Source: Chloroflexota bacterium (GTDB taxonomy: Bacteria > Chloroflexota > Dehalococcoidia > UBA2979). From it: 64,000 nt of DNA. Where the stretch lies: assembly GCA_016875635.1 (NCBI GenBank), contig VGPD01000004.1, forward strand, positions 5,286 to 69,285. The letters run 5' to 3'. This document shows positions 8,679-17,669 of the stretch, piece after piece (position 1 is the first letter of the stretch; each line of letters begins with the position of its first letter). A program made the translations under genes and the position numbers. Below the pieces are notes generated by a model that had not been told where the DNA came from, searched no databases, and was given only the letters and a program-made list of their open reading frames with translations.

Positions 8679-9719
8679 GTGGGCAGGTCTGGACCCGGTC
8701 GGATCATCGCGATCGTGTTCTCGGGCGCCGTCGTTGGCGTCCTCTCCTATCTCCTCTACCTCGCATTCGCGGACTCGGCGAACACGCCGCAGAGTACGTG
8801 GATGCCAATGTCGGACAATACGGACAACATCCACGCCGTGTACCAGGTGGTGTTCTACCTGGCCGCCGCGGTCTTCATCCTGATCCTCTTCCTGACCCTG
8901 CTGTTCACGCTCATGTTCCGCGAGCGCGAAGGCGCCGTCGCCCAGCAGTTTCACGGCAACTCAAAGCTCGAGGTCCTGCTCGTCGGTGTTCCGGTCCTCA
9001 TCGTTGTGGCGATGATGGTGCCGTCGTTCAAGGCGATCGCCCAGAACACGGCCGACCCGCCGAAGGGCGCCCTCGAGGTGGTCGCCATCGGCCACCAGTG
9101 GTGGTTCGAGTTCCAGTACCCGGAGTTCGGGATCACGACGGCGAACGAGTTGCATGTGCCGGCCGGCCGGGCCGTGAGTGTCACCCTGAAGTCGAATGAC
9201 GTGATTCACTCCTTCTGGGTTCCGCAGCTGGTCGGCAAGGTCGACATGGTGCCGGGCCACACGAACCACCTCTGGTTCACGCCGGACACCGCCCGGGACG
9301 AGGCCTACCTCGCCCAGTGCGCGGAATTCTGCGGCGCTTCTCACGCCAACATGCGCTTCCGCGTCTTTGTCGACACCGAGGCGAAGTTCAGCGACTGGAC
9401 GAAGGCGACGGCGGCGGACGCGGCCAAGCCGGCGTCCGAGCTCGCGAAGGCGGGCGAGCAGCAGTTCACGGCGTCCGGCTGCATCGGCTGCCACACGGTG
9501 AAGGGGAACCCGCTGGCGCAGGGGAAGGCGGGCCCGAACCTGACCCACATCGGTTCCCGCACGACGATCGCCTCCGGCATCCTCCCGAACAGCGCGGAAC
9601 CCATGCACAAGTGGCTCGCGAATCCGCCGGCAGTGAAGCCCGGGTCAAAAATGCCGAACCTGGCGTTGACTGAAGAGCAGATCCAGAAGCTGACGGCCTA
9701 CCTGGAGAGCCTGAAGTAA
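8679..9719 (+). CDS. ctaC: cytochrome c oxidase subunit II with fused C-terminal cytochrome c domain (caa3-type)
   Basis: 346 aa. CuA ligands (HSFWVPQL...CAEFCGASHANM). C-terminal CIGCH heme c motif. Confidence 0.9.
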   Translation: MGRSGPGRIIAIVFSGAVVGVLSYLLYLAFADSANTPQSTWMPMSDNTDNIHAVYQVVFYLAAAVFILILFLTLLFTLMFREREGAVAQQFHGNSKLEVLLVGVPVLIVVAMMVPSFKAIAQNTADPPKGALEVVAIGHQWWFEFQYPEFGITTANELHVPAGRAVSVTLKSNDVIHSFWVPQLVGKVDMVPGHTNHLWFTPDTARDEAYLAQCAEFCGASHANMRFRVFVDTEAKFSDWTKATAADAAKPASELAKAGEQQFTASGCIGCHTVKGNPLAQGKAGPNLTHIGSRTTIASGILPNSAEPMHKWLANPPAVKPGSKMPNLALTEEQIQKLTAYLESLK

Positions 9720-9805
9720 GGGGCTCGGCCAGTGGGGCGCGCCGCGGGGCGCACGGAATGAGCATCTCGCGGGCGACGGCGCGCCGCATGGTTGGAGGAT
9801 GGTAG

Positions 9806-11608
9806 ATGGCGACTGCTGTCGGGACCGTCGGCCACACGCACGAGGAGAGCACGGTCTGGAAGTGGTTGACCACGGTCGACCACAAGAAGATCGGGGTGCT
9901 CTACCTCGTCACCGGCTTCGCCTTTTTCCTCATCGGCGGGATCGAGGCGGTGCTGATCCGGACGCAGCTCGCGGTGCCGAACGGCACCGTGCTCGACGCC
10001 GGCCTGTACAACCAGCTCTTCACGATGCACGCGCTGACGATGATCTTCCTGGCGATCATGCCGATGGGCGCGGCGTTCTTTAACTACTTCATCCCGCTCC
10101 ACATCGGAGCTCGGGACGTGGCGTTCCCGCGGCTGAACGCGCTGTCGTACTGGGTGCTGCTCTCGGGCGGCCTCATCCTGACTTCCTCATTCCTGTTCGG
10201 CGAGGCGCCGGACGGCGGGTGGTTCGCGTACGCCCCGCTGACGGACGAGACGTTCTCGCCGAACAAGGGTCTGGACTTCTATACGGTGGGGCTGGTGGTC
10301 GCGGGCCTCGCATCGCTGATGTCGTCCCTGAACTTCGCAGTGACGATCATCAACATGCGCGCGCCGGGCATGACGATGATGCGTCTTCCGGTCTACATGT
10401 GGATGACGTTCGTCGTTGCGTTCCTGCTGATCCTGTCGCTGCCCGTCATCACGGTCGCGCTGCTTCAGCTCTACTTCGACCGTAACTTCGGCACTCACTT
10501 CTTCACGCCCGGGACGGGCGGCGACCCGATCCTGTGGCAGCACCTGTTCTGGGTGTTCGGCCACCCTGAGGTGTACGTGCTGATCCTCCCGTCGATGGGC
10601 ATCGTTTCCGAGGTTCTGCCGGTGATGTCGCGCAAGCCGCTGTTCGGCTACACGGCCATCGTCATGGCGGGCGCGGCGATCGGCGTGCTGGGCTTCGGCG
10701 TGTGGAGCCACCACATGTACACGACCGGCCTGGGCACCGTCCCGCAGTACGTCTTCTCTGCCAGCACCATGGCCATCGGCGTACCGACGGGCGTGAAAGT
10801 GTTCAACTGGCTGGGCACGATGTACGGCGGCAACATCCGCATGACGACGGCGACGTACTACTCGATCGGCTTTATCGCGCTGTTCACCATCGGCGGCATC
10901 TCGGGTGTCATGCACGCCTCGCCGCCGGTGGACGGGCAGCACCAGGACTCTTACTTCATCGTCGCGCACATCCATTACGTGCTGTTCGGCGGCGCGATCA
11001 TGGGCATCTTCTCGGGCCTGTTCTACTGGTTCCCGAAGATGACCGGACGCCTGCTGGACGAGACGTGGGGCAAGATCGGTTTCTGGTTCCTGTTCGTTGG
11101 GATGAACCTGACGTTCTTCCCGATGCACTTCCTCGGCCTCGCGGGGATGCCGCGTCGTATCTACACCTACGACGCTGACCTCGGCTGGGACACCTGGAAC
11201 TTCGTGGCCACCATCGGCGTGTACATCCTCGTCGTGGGCATCCTGCTCTTTATGCTGAACGTCTTCATGACACTGCGGAAGCCAGCGACCGCGGGCGACG
11301 ACCCGTGGGGCGGGGCGACGCTCGAGTGGGCCACCTCCTCGCCGCCGCCGGAGCACAACTTCGACGTGGTGCCGGTGGTTCGCGACCGCGACCCGCTCTG
11401 GTACAACCGCGACCACAACATCCCGATGCCGGAGCGTCCGGCGCACCTGCACATCCACATGCCGCCGCCGTCCTACTTCCCGCTGGTGCTGGGGATCGGG
11501 ATCCTGCTGATCGGCGTCGGCGCGCTGTCGAGCCTGGCGATCACGGCGCTGGGCGTGGTCGTCGCCTACTACGCGGTCTGGGGCTGGGCGCTGGAGCCCA
11601 CGGAGTAG
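9806..11608 (+). CDS. ctaD: cytochrome c oxidase subunit I
   Basis: 600 aa, 12+ TM. Classic heme-copper oxidase signature (WFFGHPEVY-like WVFGHPEVYVLILP, HHMYT). SD GGAGGA upstream of the ATG. Confidence 0.95.
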   Translation: MATAVGTVGHTHEESTVWKWLTTVDHKKIGVLYLVTGFAFFLIGGIEAVLIRTQLAVPNGTVLDAGLYNQLFTMHALTMIFLAIMPMGAAFFNYFIPLHIGARDVAFPRLNALSYWVLLSGGLILTSSFLFGEAPDGGWFAYAPLTDETFSPNKGLDFYTVGLVVAGLASLMSSLNFAVTIINMRAPGMTMMRLPVYMWMTFVVAFLLILSLPVITVALLQLYFDRNFGTHFFTPGTGGDPILWQHLFWVFGHPEVYVLILPSMGIVSEVLPVMSRKPLFGYTAIVMAGAAIGVLGFGVWSHHMYTTGLGTVPQYVFSASTMAIGVPTGVKVFNWLGTMYGGNIRMTTATYYSIGFIALFTIGGISGVMHASPPVDGQHQDSYFIVAHIHYVLFGGAIMGIFSGLFYWFPKMTGRLLDETWGKIGFWFLFVGMNLTFFPMHFLGLAGMPRRIYTYDADLGWDTWNFVATIGVYILVVGILLFMLNVFMTLRKPATAGDDPWGGATLEWATSSPPPEHNFDVVPVVRDRDPLWYNRDHNIPMPERPAHLHIHMPPPSYFPLVLGIGILLIGVGALSSLAITALGVVVAYYAVWGWALEPTE

Positions 11609-11644
11609 CGAGCGCCCGCCGCAACGCGCACGCACGAGGAGCAC

Positions 11645-12241
11645 ATGATGGCCGCAGCCCACGCAGAGACCCAGCACCACACGACGACGGGGATCGACAA
11701 CCGGAAGCTCCTGATGTGGATCTTCCTAGCGTCGGAGTGTCTCTTCTTCGGTTCGCTGATCTCGACTTACCTGATCTTCAGGGGCGACTCCATCGTGGGT
11801 CCGCTTCCGGCAGACCTGCTGGATATTCCTTTGACGTCGACCTCGACGTTCGTGCTGCTGATGTCGAGTCTGACGATGGTGCTGGCGGTCTTTGGAGCGC
11901 AGCACAACCGGCTGGGCCTGATGAAGGGGATGCTTCTCGCGACCATCGTCCTGGGCCTGGTGTTCCTCGGGTTCCAGGTCTACGAATTCCGCCACTTCGC
12001 CCACCTCGGCCTGAACCTGGGCACCAACCAGTTCGGGGCGAGTTTTTACCTGCTGACGGGGATCCACGGGACGCACGTCGGCGTCGGCGTCCTTTATCTG
12101 GCTTCGCTGCTCGTCGCTTCCGCGCGGCGGAACGGGCTGGGCAAGGAAGCGGCGCTGCACGTCGACATTGCCGGCCTGTACTGGCACTTCGTCGACATCG
12201 TGTGGATCGTCATCTTCACCTTGATCTACCTCATCCCGTAA
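11645..12241 (+). CDS. ctaE: cytochrome c oxidase subunit III
   Basis: 198 aa, five TM. Subunit III-like (FFGSLISTYLIFR, GIHGTHV, YWHFVDIVW). Confidence 0.9.
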   Translation: MMAAAHAETQHHTTTGIDNRKLLMWIFLASECLFFGSLISTYLIFRGDSIVGPLPADLLDIPLTSTSTFVLLMSSLTMVLAVFGAQHNRLGLMKGMLLATIVLGLVFLGFQVYEFRHFAHLGLNLGTNQFGASFYLLTGIHGTHVGVGVLYLASLLVASARRNGLGKEAALHVDIAGLYWHFVDIVWIVIFTLIYLIP

Positions 12242-12271
12242 CCGGGCGCCGTTTGAGGATCGGAGACATCG

Positions 12272-12637
12272 ATGGTCGGACACGAGATGCAGCACGGCGG
12301 CGAAGAGCACCCGCCTTCGACGATCCGCCAGTACGTGATGACCGGCGTGATCCTCACGGTGATCACGGTGGTGGAGTTGTTCCTTTCGTACTCGTCACTG
12401 CCGCATGGGTTGATGGTGTCGTTGCTGATCGGCCTGTCAGCGGTCAAGTTCGTCATCGTCGTCGCGATTTTCATGCACCTGAGGTTCGAGAACGGCCTGC
12501 TGACGCGGCTGTTCATGTTCGGGCTGGTGCTGGCCGCGTGCATCCTGCTTGCGCTGGTCTCGCTCTTCTGGAACGACGGCACCGACGCGGTTGGCGGCAT
12601 CCCCGCTGGCCAGGAGCAGTCCGCCCCGAAACACTAG
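12272..12637 (+). CDS. ctaF: cytochrome c oxidase subunit IV (Bacillus-type CtaF)
   Basis: 121 aa, three TM. Position directly after ctaE and caa3-IV-like motif (FMHLRFE). Confidence 0.75.
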   Translation: MVGHEMQHGGEEHPPSTIRQYVMTGVILTVITVVELFLSYSSLPHGLMVSLLIGLSAVKFVIVVAIFMHLRFENGLLTRLFMFGLVLAACILLALVSLFWNDGTDAVGGIPAGQEQSAPKH

Positions 12638-12707
12638 CATCGGGAGCCGTCTCCGCAGAACGAGGAGGGCCGTCAACGACGGGGCTCCTGCGTGTTCCCC
12701 GCGAATC

Positions 12708-13592
12708 TCAGCGTCCGAGTTCAGCCTGTTCCTGCGCCCTGTACCAGTTGAGGAACACCGCCCCCGCGACGGCGAGCATGAGCAGCGTGCCCGGCACCCA
12801 CATCACCAGGCCGCCAAGTTGCTGGTCTCGCAGCGTGCTCCAGTCCACGACCGGCGCGATGTGGGCGTACTCCTGATAGAGCGGCGTCGATGCGAAGACG
12901 ATGAGCGCCGCAGCGCCATCTTTCGCCGCGCCGGCCACGATCAGGTAGAGGATGCGCGGCATCGGATCCAGCCGGGGGCGGTGGGGCGGCGCCTCGATGA
13001 CGTTCCACCAGAAGAGCGTGGCCGTGGCGGTGAACGTGGCGTGCTGGAACGCGTGGAGGGCGGGCAGCCGCAGCGCCGCGTCGTACCACCCCGGCACGAG
13101 GTGCCATGCCCAGACGGTCGCAATGAACGCCACCGCCGCAATGCCGGGGCTGGTCAGGCCCTCGTACAGGCTGCGCCCGAGACGGCTCCCGGCGACCGGC
13201 CGCACGGCGCCCTGGCGGAGCCACCGCGGCATCCCACGCAGCACCGGCGTCGCCGGCGCGCCGAGGAGGAGCATCGGGACCGCGAGCATCGTCACGACTT
13301 CGTGCTGGATCATGTGGAATGTCAGGTGGCGAGCCGCGAGCGCGTCCAGCGGCGACTCCTGCGCGAGCGCGAGCAGCGCGATACCACAGAGAAACGTCGC
13401 GGTTCGCCATCGCGGGTGCGGCCTCGAGCGGTCGGGCCACTGCCGGAGCCCGCGCAGATACCACCAGGCGAGGAAGGCGACGGGCACGAGGAAGGTCGGG
13501 TCAGCGCCCCAGCTCTGCCACCAGACGGAATCGTCGGCGACCTCATGTGCGGTGCGGAACGCCTCGGACGCCTCGCGCGACGGCAGGGCCAC
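12708..13592 (-). CDS. ctaG: cytochrome c oxidase assembly factor CtaG (Caa3_CtaG family), paralog 1
   Basis: 294 aa polytopic. Conserved HMIQHEVV, LGGLVMWVPG and FWWNVIE motifs shared with the adjacent paralog. Convergent to ctaCDEF. Confidence 0.7.
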   Translation of the reverse strand: MALPSREASEAFRTAHEVADDSVWWQSWGADPTFLVPVAFLAWWYLRGLRQWPDRSRPHPRWRTATFLCGIALLALAQESPLDALAARHLTFHMIQHEVVTMLAVPMLLLGAPATPVLRGMPRWLRQGAVRPVAGSRLGRSLYEGLTSPGIAAVAFIATVWAWHLVPGWYDAALRLPALHAFQHATFTATATLFWWNVIEAPPHRPRLDPMPRILYLIVAGAAKDGAAALIVFASTPLYQEYAHIAPVVDWSTLRDQQLGGLVMWVPGTLLMLAVAGAVFLNWYRAQEQAELGR

Positions 13593-13593
13593 G

Positions 13594-14541
13594 CTAGGAG
13601 GTGCTCCCGGCGGCGGCGCGTGCGGCGGCCAAACGGGCGTCTTCCGCCTCTTCCCTGGCCCTCTGTTCCGCGTTCCCTCGGCGGAACCAGAAGCCGAGGA
13701 TGGCGCCGGCGGTGATCAGGTTGAGCAGCTCGCCGAAGGGGACCCACATGAGGAGGCCGGCGAGTTGCTGGTCCTCGAGGGGGGAGCCGGGCAGGAAGCG
13801 GTGGACCCGCTCGTAGGTCGGGTAGAAGGGGTGGTCAGCGAAGACGATGAACGCCGAGAGGACGTGCTTCGGGATCATCGCTCCGTAGAAGTAGAGGACG
13901 CGCGCCAGTACCGGGATCCGCGAGTGCAGCGGCTTCGGGTCGATGACGTTCCACCAGAAGAGCATTGCAACGGCGAGGAAGGTCGAGTGCTGGAGGTTGT
14001 GGATCAGGTCGTCGTTCAGGGCACGGTCGTACAGCCCGGGCAGCAGGTGCCAGCCCCACTGGAAGACGGTGAACAGCATGATCGTCACCACGGGGAACGT
14101 GAGGAACCGGTACACGCGCTGCGCGACGCCGTTGCTGACGACAGGGCGGACGACGCCCTGACGCAGCCAGCGAGGCATCCCGCGCAACATCGGCGTGGTC
14201 GGCGCGCCGAGGAGGATGAGCGGCGGCACGATCATCATCACGACGTTGTGCTGGACCATGTGCATGGAGAAGTGGTGCTCGCCTAGCCGGTCGAGGGGCG
14301 ACTCGAAGGAGAGCACCAGGAGGGTGAGACCGGCGTAGTACGAGGCCGTCCGCCATGGCGAGTGTGCCCGGGTACGCTGCGGCCAGCGGCGCAGCCCTCG
14401 GGCGTACCAGAAGGCGAACAGGGCAACCGGGAGCAGGAACTGGGGGTCGAACGACCAGGCCAGCCACCAGCGGTTGTTTTCGTTGATGACGTCGTGTGAC
14501 GCCCACTCGAGGGCGGCAGGCAGGAGCGATGAGTCGGCCAT
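13594..14541 (-). CDS. ctaG: cytochrome c oxidase assembly factor CtaG (Caa3_CtaG family), paralog 2
   Basis: 315 aa. About 45% identical in aligned blocks to paralog 1 (HMVQHNVVMM, LAGLLMWVPFG, FWWNVIDP). Tandem arrangement. Confidence 0.7.
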   Translation of the reverse strand: MADSSLLPAALEWASHDVINENNRWWLAWSFDPQFLLPVALFAFWYARGLRRWPQRTRAHSPWRTASYYAGLTLLVLSFESPLDRLGEHHFSMHMVQHNVVMMIVPPLILLGAPTTPMLRGMPRWLRQGVVRPVVSNGVAQRVYRFLTFPVVTIMLFTVFQWGWHLLPGLYDRALNDDLIHNLQHSTFLAVAMLFWWNVIDPKPLHSRIPVLARVLYFYGAMIPKHVLSAFIVFADHPFYPTYERVHRFLPGSPLEDQQLAGLLMWVPFGELLNLITAGAILGFWFRRGNAEQRAREEAEDARLAAARAAAGSTS

Positions 14542-14599
14542 GGATGCTCTCCCGGTGGGTGCCGTCTAGTCTGGCGCACGGCCCTCGCTGGCGCACGCG

Positions 14600-14662
14600 T
14601 TGACGCGGCGGAGGCCTGCCGTCTAGCATTCAGCGACGGTACTTTGCGTAGTCAGTACGCAA
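14600..14662 (+). promoter_or_regulatory. candidate nadE promoter (TTGACG-N18-TAGCAT) with downstream inverted repeat TTGCGTA-N5-TACGCAA
   Basis: -35 at 14600-14605, -10 at 14624-14629. Palindrome at 14644-14662. Direct repeats ctggcgcacg (x2) and tgccgtctag (x2) in the same 170-bp divergent region. Confidence 0.35.
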
Positions 14663-14713
14663 TCACCCCGCGCCGCGTGCCGGGCCGCTGGTTACGCGTC
14701 GAAAGGCCGTCCA

Positions 14714-16444
14714 ATGCAGACGCTCCGCGTGGCACTCGCCCAGCTCAACACCACCATTGGCGACCTGGAGGGGAACCGGGCGAAGATCCTCGACGCCGCC
14801 CGGCGAGCCGCCGCGCAGGGCGCCGACCTGGTCGCGTTCTCCGAACTCGCGATCACGGGTTATCCGCCCGAGGACCAGCTCATCCGGTCCGCGTTCATCG
14901 AGGATGCCCACCGGAGCCTGCTGGCGCTGGCGGAGGAGGCGATGGGGCTCCCGCCGCTGATCGTCGGGTGTGTCGAGTTCGACCAGCATCTCTATAACGC
15001 GGCGGCTGTCGTCCACGACGGCCAGGTGGTGGCCACCTATCGCAAGCAGCGGCTTCCCAACTACGGCGTGTTCGATGAGGAGCGGTACTTCCAGCCCGGG
15101 GCGGAGGCGCTCGTCGTCACGGTCGCCGGCGTGCCGGTCGGCATCACGATCTGCGAGGACGCCTGGTATCCGGGCGGGCCGATCACGGACCTGGCGATCG
15201 CGGGCGCCGCGGTCGTTGTGAACATCAACGGTTCGCCGTTCCATGCCGGGAAGGCGCGCGACCGGGAGCGGATGCTGGCCACGCGCGCGGCGGACAACAC
15301 CGTCGCGCTCGCCTACGTGAACCAGGTGGGCGGGCAGGACGAACTTGTCTTCGACGGCAACTCGGTGATCTTCGATGCCTCCGGCGTGGTGGTCGCACGC
15401 GGCGCCTCGATGGAAGAGGACCTGCTGATCGCTGACCTGCTGGTGGAGGAGCTCCTCCAGCGCCAGTTGCACGAGTCGCGGCTCCGTCGCCTGCGTGGCT
15501 TCGCACAGCCGTCGACGCCTGTCCGGGGCGTAGATGTGACGACGACGCCGAAGCGCGACCGTCCGCTCCTTCGCTCGACCGTGCCGCCGCCGCCGCCGAT
15601 GGTGGCGGAGACCTATCGCGCGCTGGTGCTCGGGACGCGGGACTACGTGTTGAAGGTCGGCTTCGAGCACGCGTTCGTGGCGCTGTCCGGCGGCATCGAC
15701 TCGGCGATCGTGGCCGCGGTCGCCGTGGATGCCCTCGGGGCGGAGCGTGTCACGGGCGTATCGATGCCGTCGCGCTACTCCTCGGAAGGTTCGATCTCGG
15801 ACGCGGTCGACCTGGCGCAGCGGCTGGGGATCCGCCTTGCCTCGCTGCCGATCGAGGCGCTGCACCAGGCGGCGCTGGACACGCTGGCGCGGGAGTTCGG
15901 CCCGGGCGACCCCGGGGTCGCGGGCGAGAACGTGCAGAGCCGTTCCCGCGGGATGCTCGTGATGGCGCTGTCGAACCATACGCCTCGATCGCTCGTGCTG
16001 ACGACCGGGAACAAGTCGGAGTACGCGTGCGGGTACGCGACGCTGTACGGGGACATGGTCGGCGGCTTCGCGGTGATCAAGGATGTGCCGAAGACGCTGG
16101 TCTGGGAACTCGCCCGCTATCGGAACACGATCAGCGCCGTGATCCCGGAGAATTCGATCACGAAGCCGCCGAGCGCCGAACTGCGGCCCGGTCAGCTCGA
16201 CTCCGACTCGCTCCCCGCGTACGAGGTGCTCGACCCGATCATCGAGGCGTACGTGGAGGACGACCTGTCGCTGGAGGCGATCGTCGCGCGCGGCAACGAC
16301 GAGGCGACCGTGAAGCGCGTGATCGACATGGTGAACCGGAACGAATACAAGCGGCGGCAGGCGCCTCCGGGTGTGAAGATCACGTCGCGCGCGTTCGGCC
16401 GGGACCGCCGCTTGCCGCTCGCGAGCCGGTACCGGGGGTACTAG
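14714..16444 (+). CDS. nadE: glutamine-dependent NAD+ synthetase
   Basis: 576 aa. N-terminal CN-hydrolase/nitrilase domain plus C-terminal NAD synthetase PP-loop (SGGIDSA). Confidence 0.9.
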   Translation: MQTLRVALAQLNTTIGDLEGNRAKILDAARRAAAQGADLVAFSELAITGYPPEDQLIRSAFIEDAHRSLLALAEEAMGLPPLIVGCVEFDQHLYNAAAVVHDGQVVATYRKQRLPNYGVFDEERYFQPGAEALVVTVAGVPVGITICEDAWYPGGPITDLAIAGAAVVVNINGSPFHAGKARDRERMLATRAADNTVALAYVNQVGGQDELVFDGNSVIFDASGVVVARGASMEEDLLIADLLVEELLQRQLHESRLRRLRGFAQPSTPVRGVDVTTTPKRDRPLLRSTVPPPPPMVAETYRALVLGTRDYVLKVGFEHAFVALSGGIDSAIVAAVAVDALGAERVTGVSMPSRYSSEGSISDAVDLAQRLGIRLASLPIEALHQAALDTLAREFGPGDPGVAGENVQSRSRGMLVMALSNHTPRSLVLTTGNKSEYACGYATLYGDMVGGFAVIKDVPKTLVWELARYRNTISAVIPENSITKPPSAELRPGQLDSDSLPAYEVLDPIIEAYVEDDLSLEAIVARGNDEATVKRVIDMVNRNEYKRRQAPPGVKITSRAFGRDRRLPLASRYRGY

Positions 16445-16452
16445 CCCGCCCG

Positions 16453-16860
16453 TCAGGCCCGCGGCTCGTCGTCCTCGATCAGCGAGGGGTCGAGGCCCTC
16501 GTCCTCGATCCGCTTGGTCACGGCGGCGGTGAGGGTGTCGATCGCAGTCATCTCGATCCACGCCTCGAACGCACCGCGCACCTCGGCGAACGCATCCTCG
16601 ATCTGCGCCTCGAACTCCGGGCGGGTCATCGAGGCGTTCCGGGCCGCGCCCAGTTGTTCCACCAGCCGTTCGATCTTCGGGGACACCTGCTGAAACATCC
16701 GCATGGCGTCGTCGTCCTCGGCGGCGGCGGCGCGGTCGCGCATGATCTCCAGCGCCCCCATCACCCAGGCGAGCGCGCCCAGCAGCGTCCCGGCGTCGCG
16801 TCGACGGAGGTCCAGCCGTACGGGCTGGGCGCGGTCAAGCCGGCCCTCCGGCGAGGTCAT
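16453..16860 (-). CDS. hypothetical acidic protein
   Basis: 135 aa. GC3-rich coding frame with acidic C-terminus. Last gene of a minus-strand operon with the two genes upstream. Confidence 0.5.
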   Translation of the reverse strand: MTSPEGRLDRAQPVRLDLRRRDAGTLLGALAWVMGALEIMRDRAAAAEDDDAMRMFQQVSPKIERLVEQLGAARNASMTRPEFEAQIEDAFAEVRGAFEAWIEMTAIDTLTAAVTKRIEDEGLDPSLIEDDEPRA

Positions 16861-17669
16861 TCGAGGCGATCCGTGCGCTCGCCCTCGTACGCCAGGATCT
16901 CGGCGGCCCGCAGTGCGCCCAGGAGGGCGCCGCCGTCACCGAGGGCGGGGCGTACGACACGGGCGCCAGGGGAAACCTCGTCGAGCACACCCTGCAGCAC
17001 GGGGCCGAGCGGGCCGACGTGCGCTTCCTCACCGTCGAGGATCACCACGACCGGGTCGACCAGCGCGGCGAGGTCGGCCAGCACGCCTGTGACCTGCTCC
17101 AGCGCGTCACCCGCGAGCGGCAGGGCGGGGTCGAGTTCGGGTAACGCGGGGAGCGAGCCTGCCCGGTTCCCGGCGCCCGTGAGGACGCGTCCGTTGGAGA
17201 GCACCGCCGCCTGGGGGATGCCACGGAGACAGACGTAGAGGGCGTCCATCGTGCCGTCGGCCGCCCCGGCGCTCCATTCGCCCTTGAGGGCCGCCTGGAC
17301 GCGGTTCAGTGCCACCGCGGGGGCATCGATGTGTCGACGGATGGCGTCGACGACATGGAGGCCATCCCACTCCGCCTGGCCGCCGCTCTCGACGAGGATG
17401 CCCGCGACCGGGTCGACGAGCCCGGGGCAGGCGATCGCGATCGCCTGCGCCCAGCGTTTCTGGCCCTCGCGCGCGAACGAGGTGGCGATCCGGCCACCCA
17501 CCTCCCACGCCCAGGCTTCCTCGTCAGGGAGGGGCCCGAGGTCGTATCGCTCGCGTTCGATGACCTCGCCGTCGCTGTCGACGAGGACGACGCGCAGGTC
17601 GGTCGCCGTGAAGTCGACGGCGACGAGCACCGGCTCCGGCAGGCTGGCGTCTTCGCTCACAGGGCCCAT
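16857..17669 (-). CDS. ROK/BadF-type sugar kinase-like protein (lacks Zn-Cys motif)
   Basis: 270 aa. ASKHA-fold-like blocks (VAVDFTATDLRVVLVD, CPGLVDP, LSNGRVLTGAGNRAGSLP). 4-nt overlap with the downstream gene. Confidence 0.55.
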   Translation of the reverse strand: MGPVSEDASLPEPVLVAVDFTATDLRVVLVDSDGEVIERERYDLGPLPDEEAWAWEVGGRIATSFAREGQKRWAQAIAIACPGLVDPVAGILVESGGQAEWDGLHVVDAIRRHIDAPAVALNRVQAALKGEWSAGAADGTMDALYVCLRGIPQAAVLSNGRVLTGAGNRAGSLPALPELDPALPLAGDALEQVTGVLADLAALVDPVVVILDGEEAHVGPLGPVLQGVLDEVSPGARVVRPALGDGGALLGALRAAEILAYEGERTDRLE

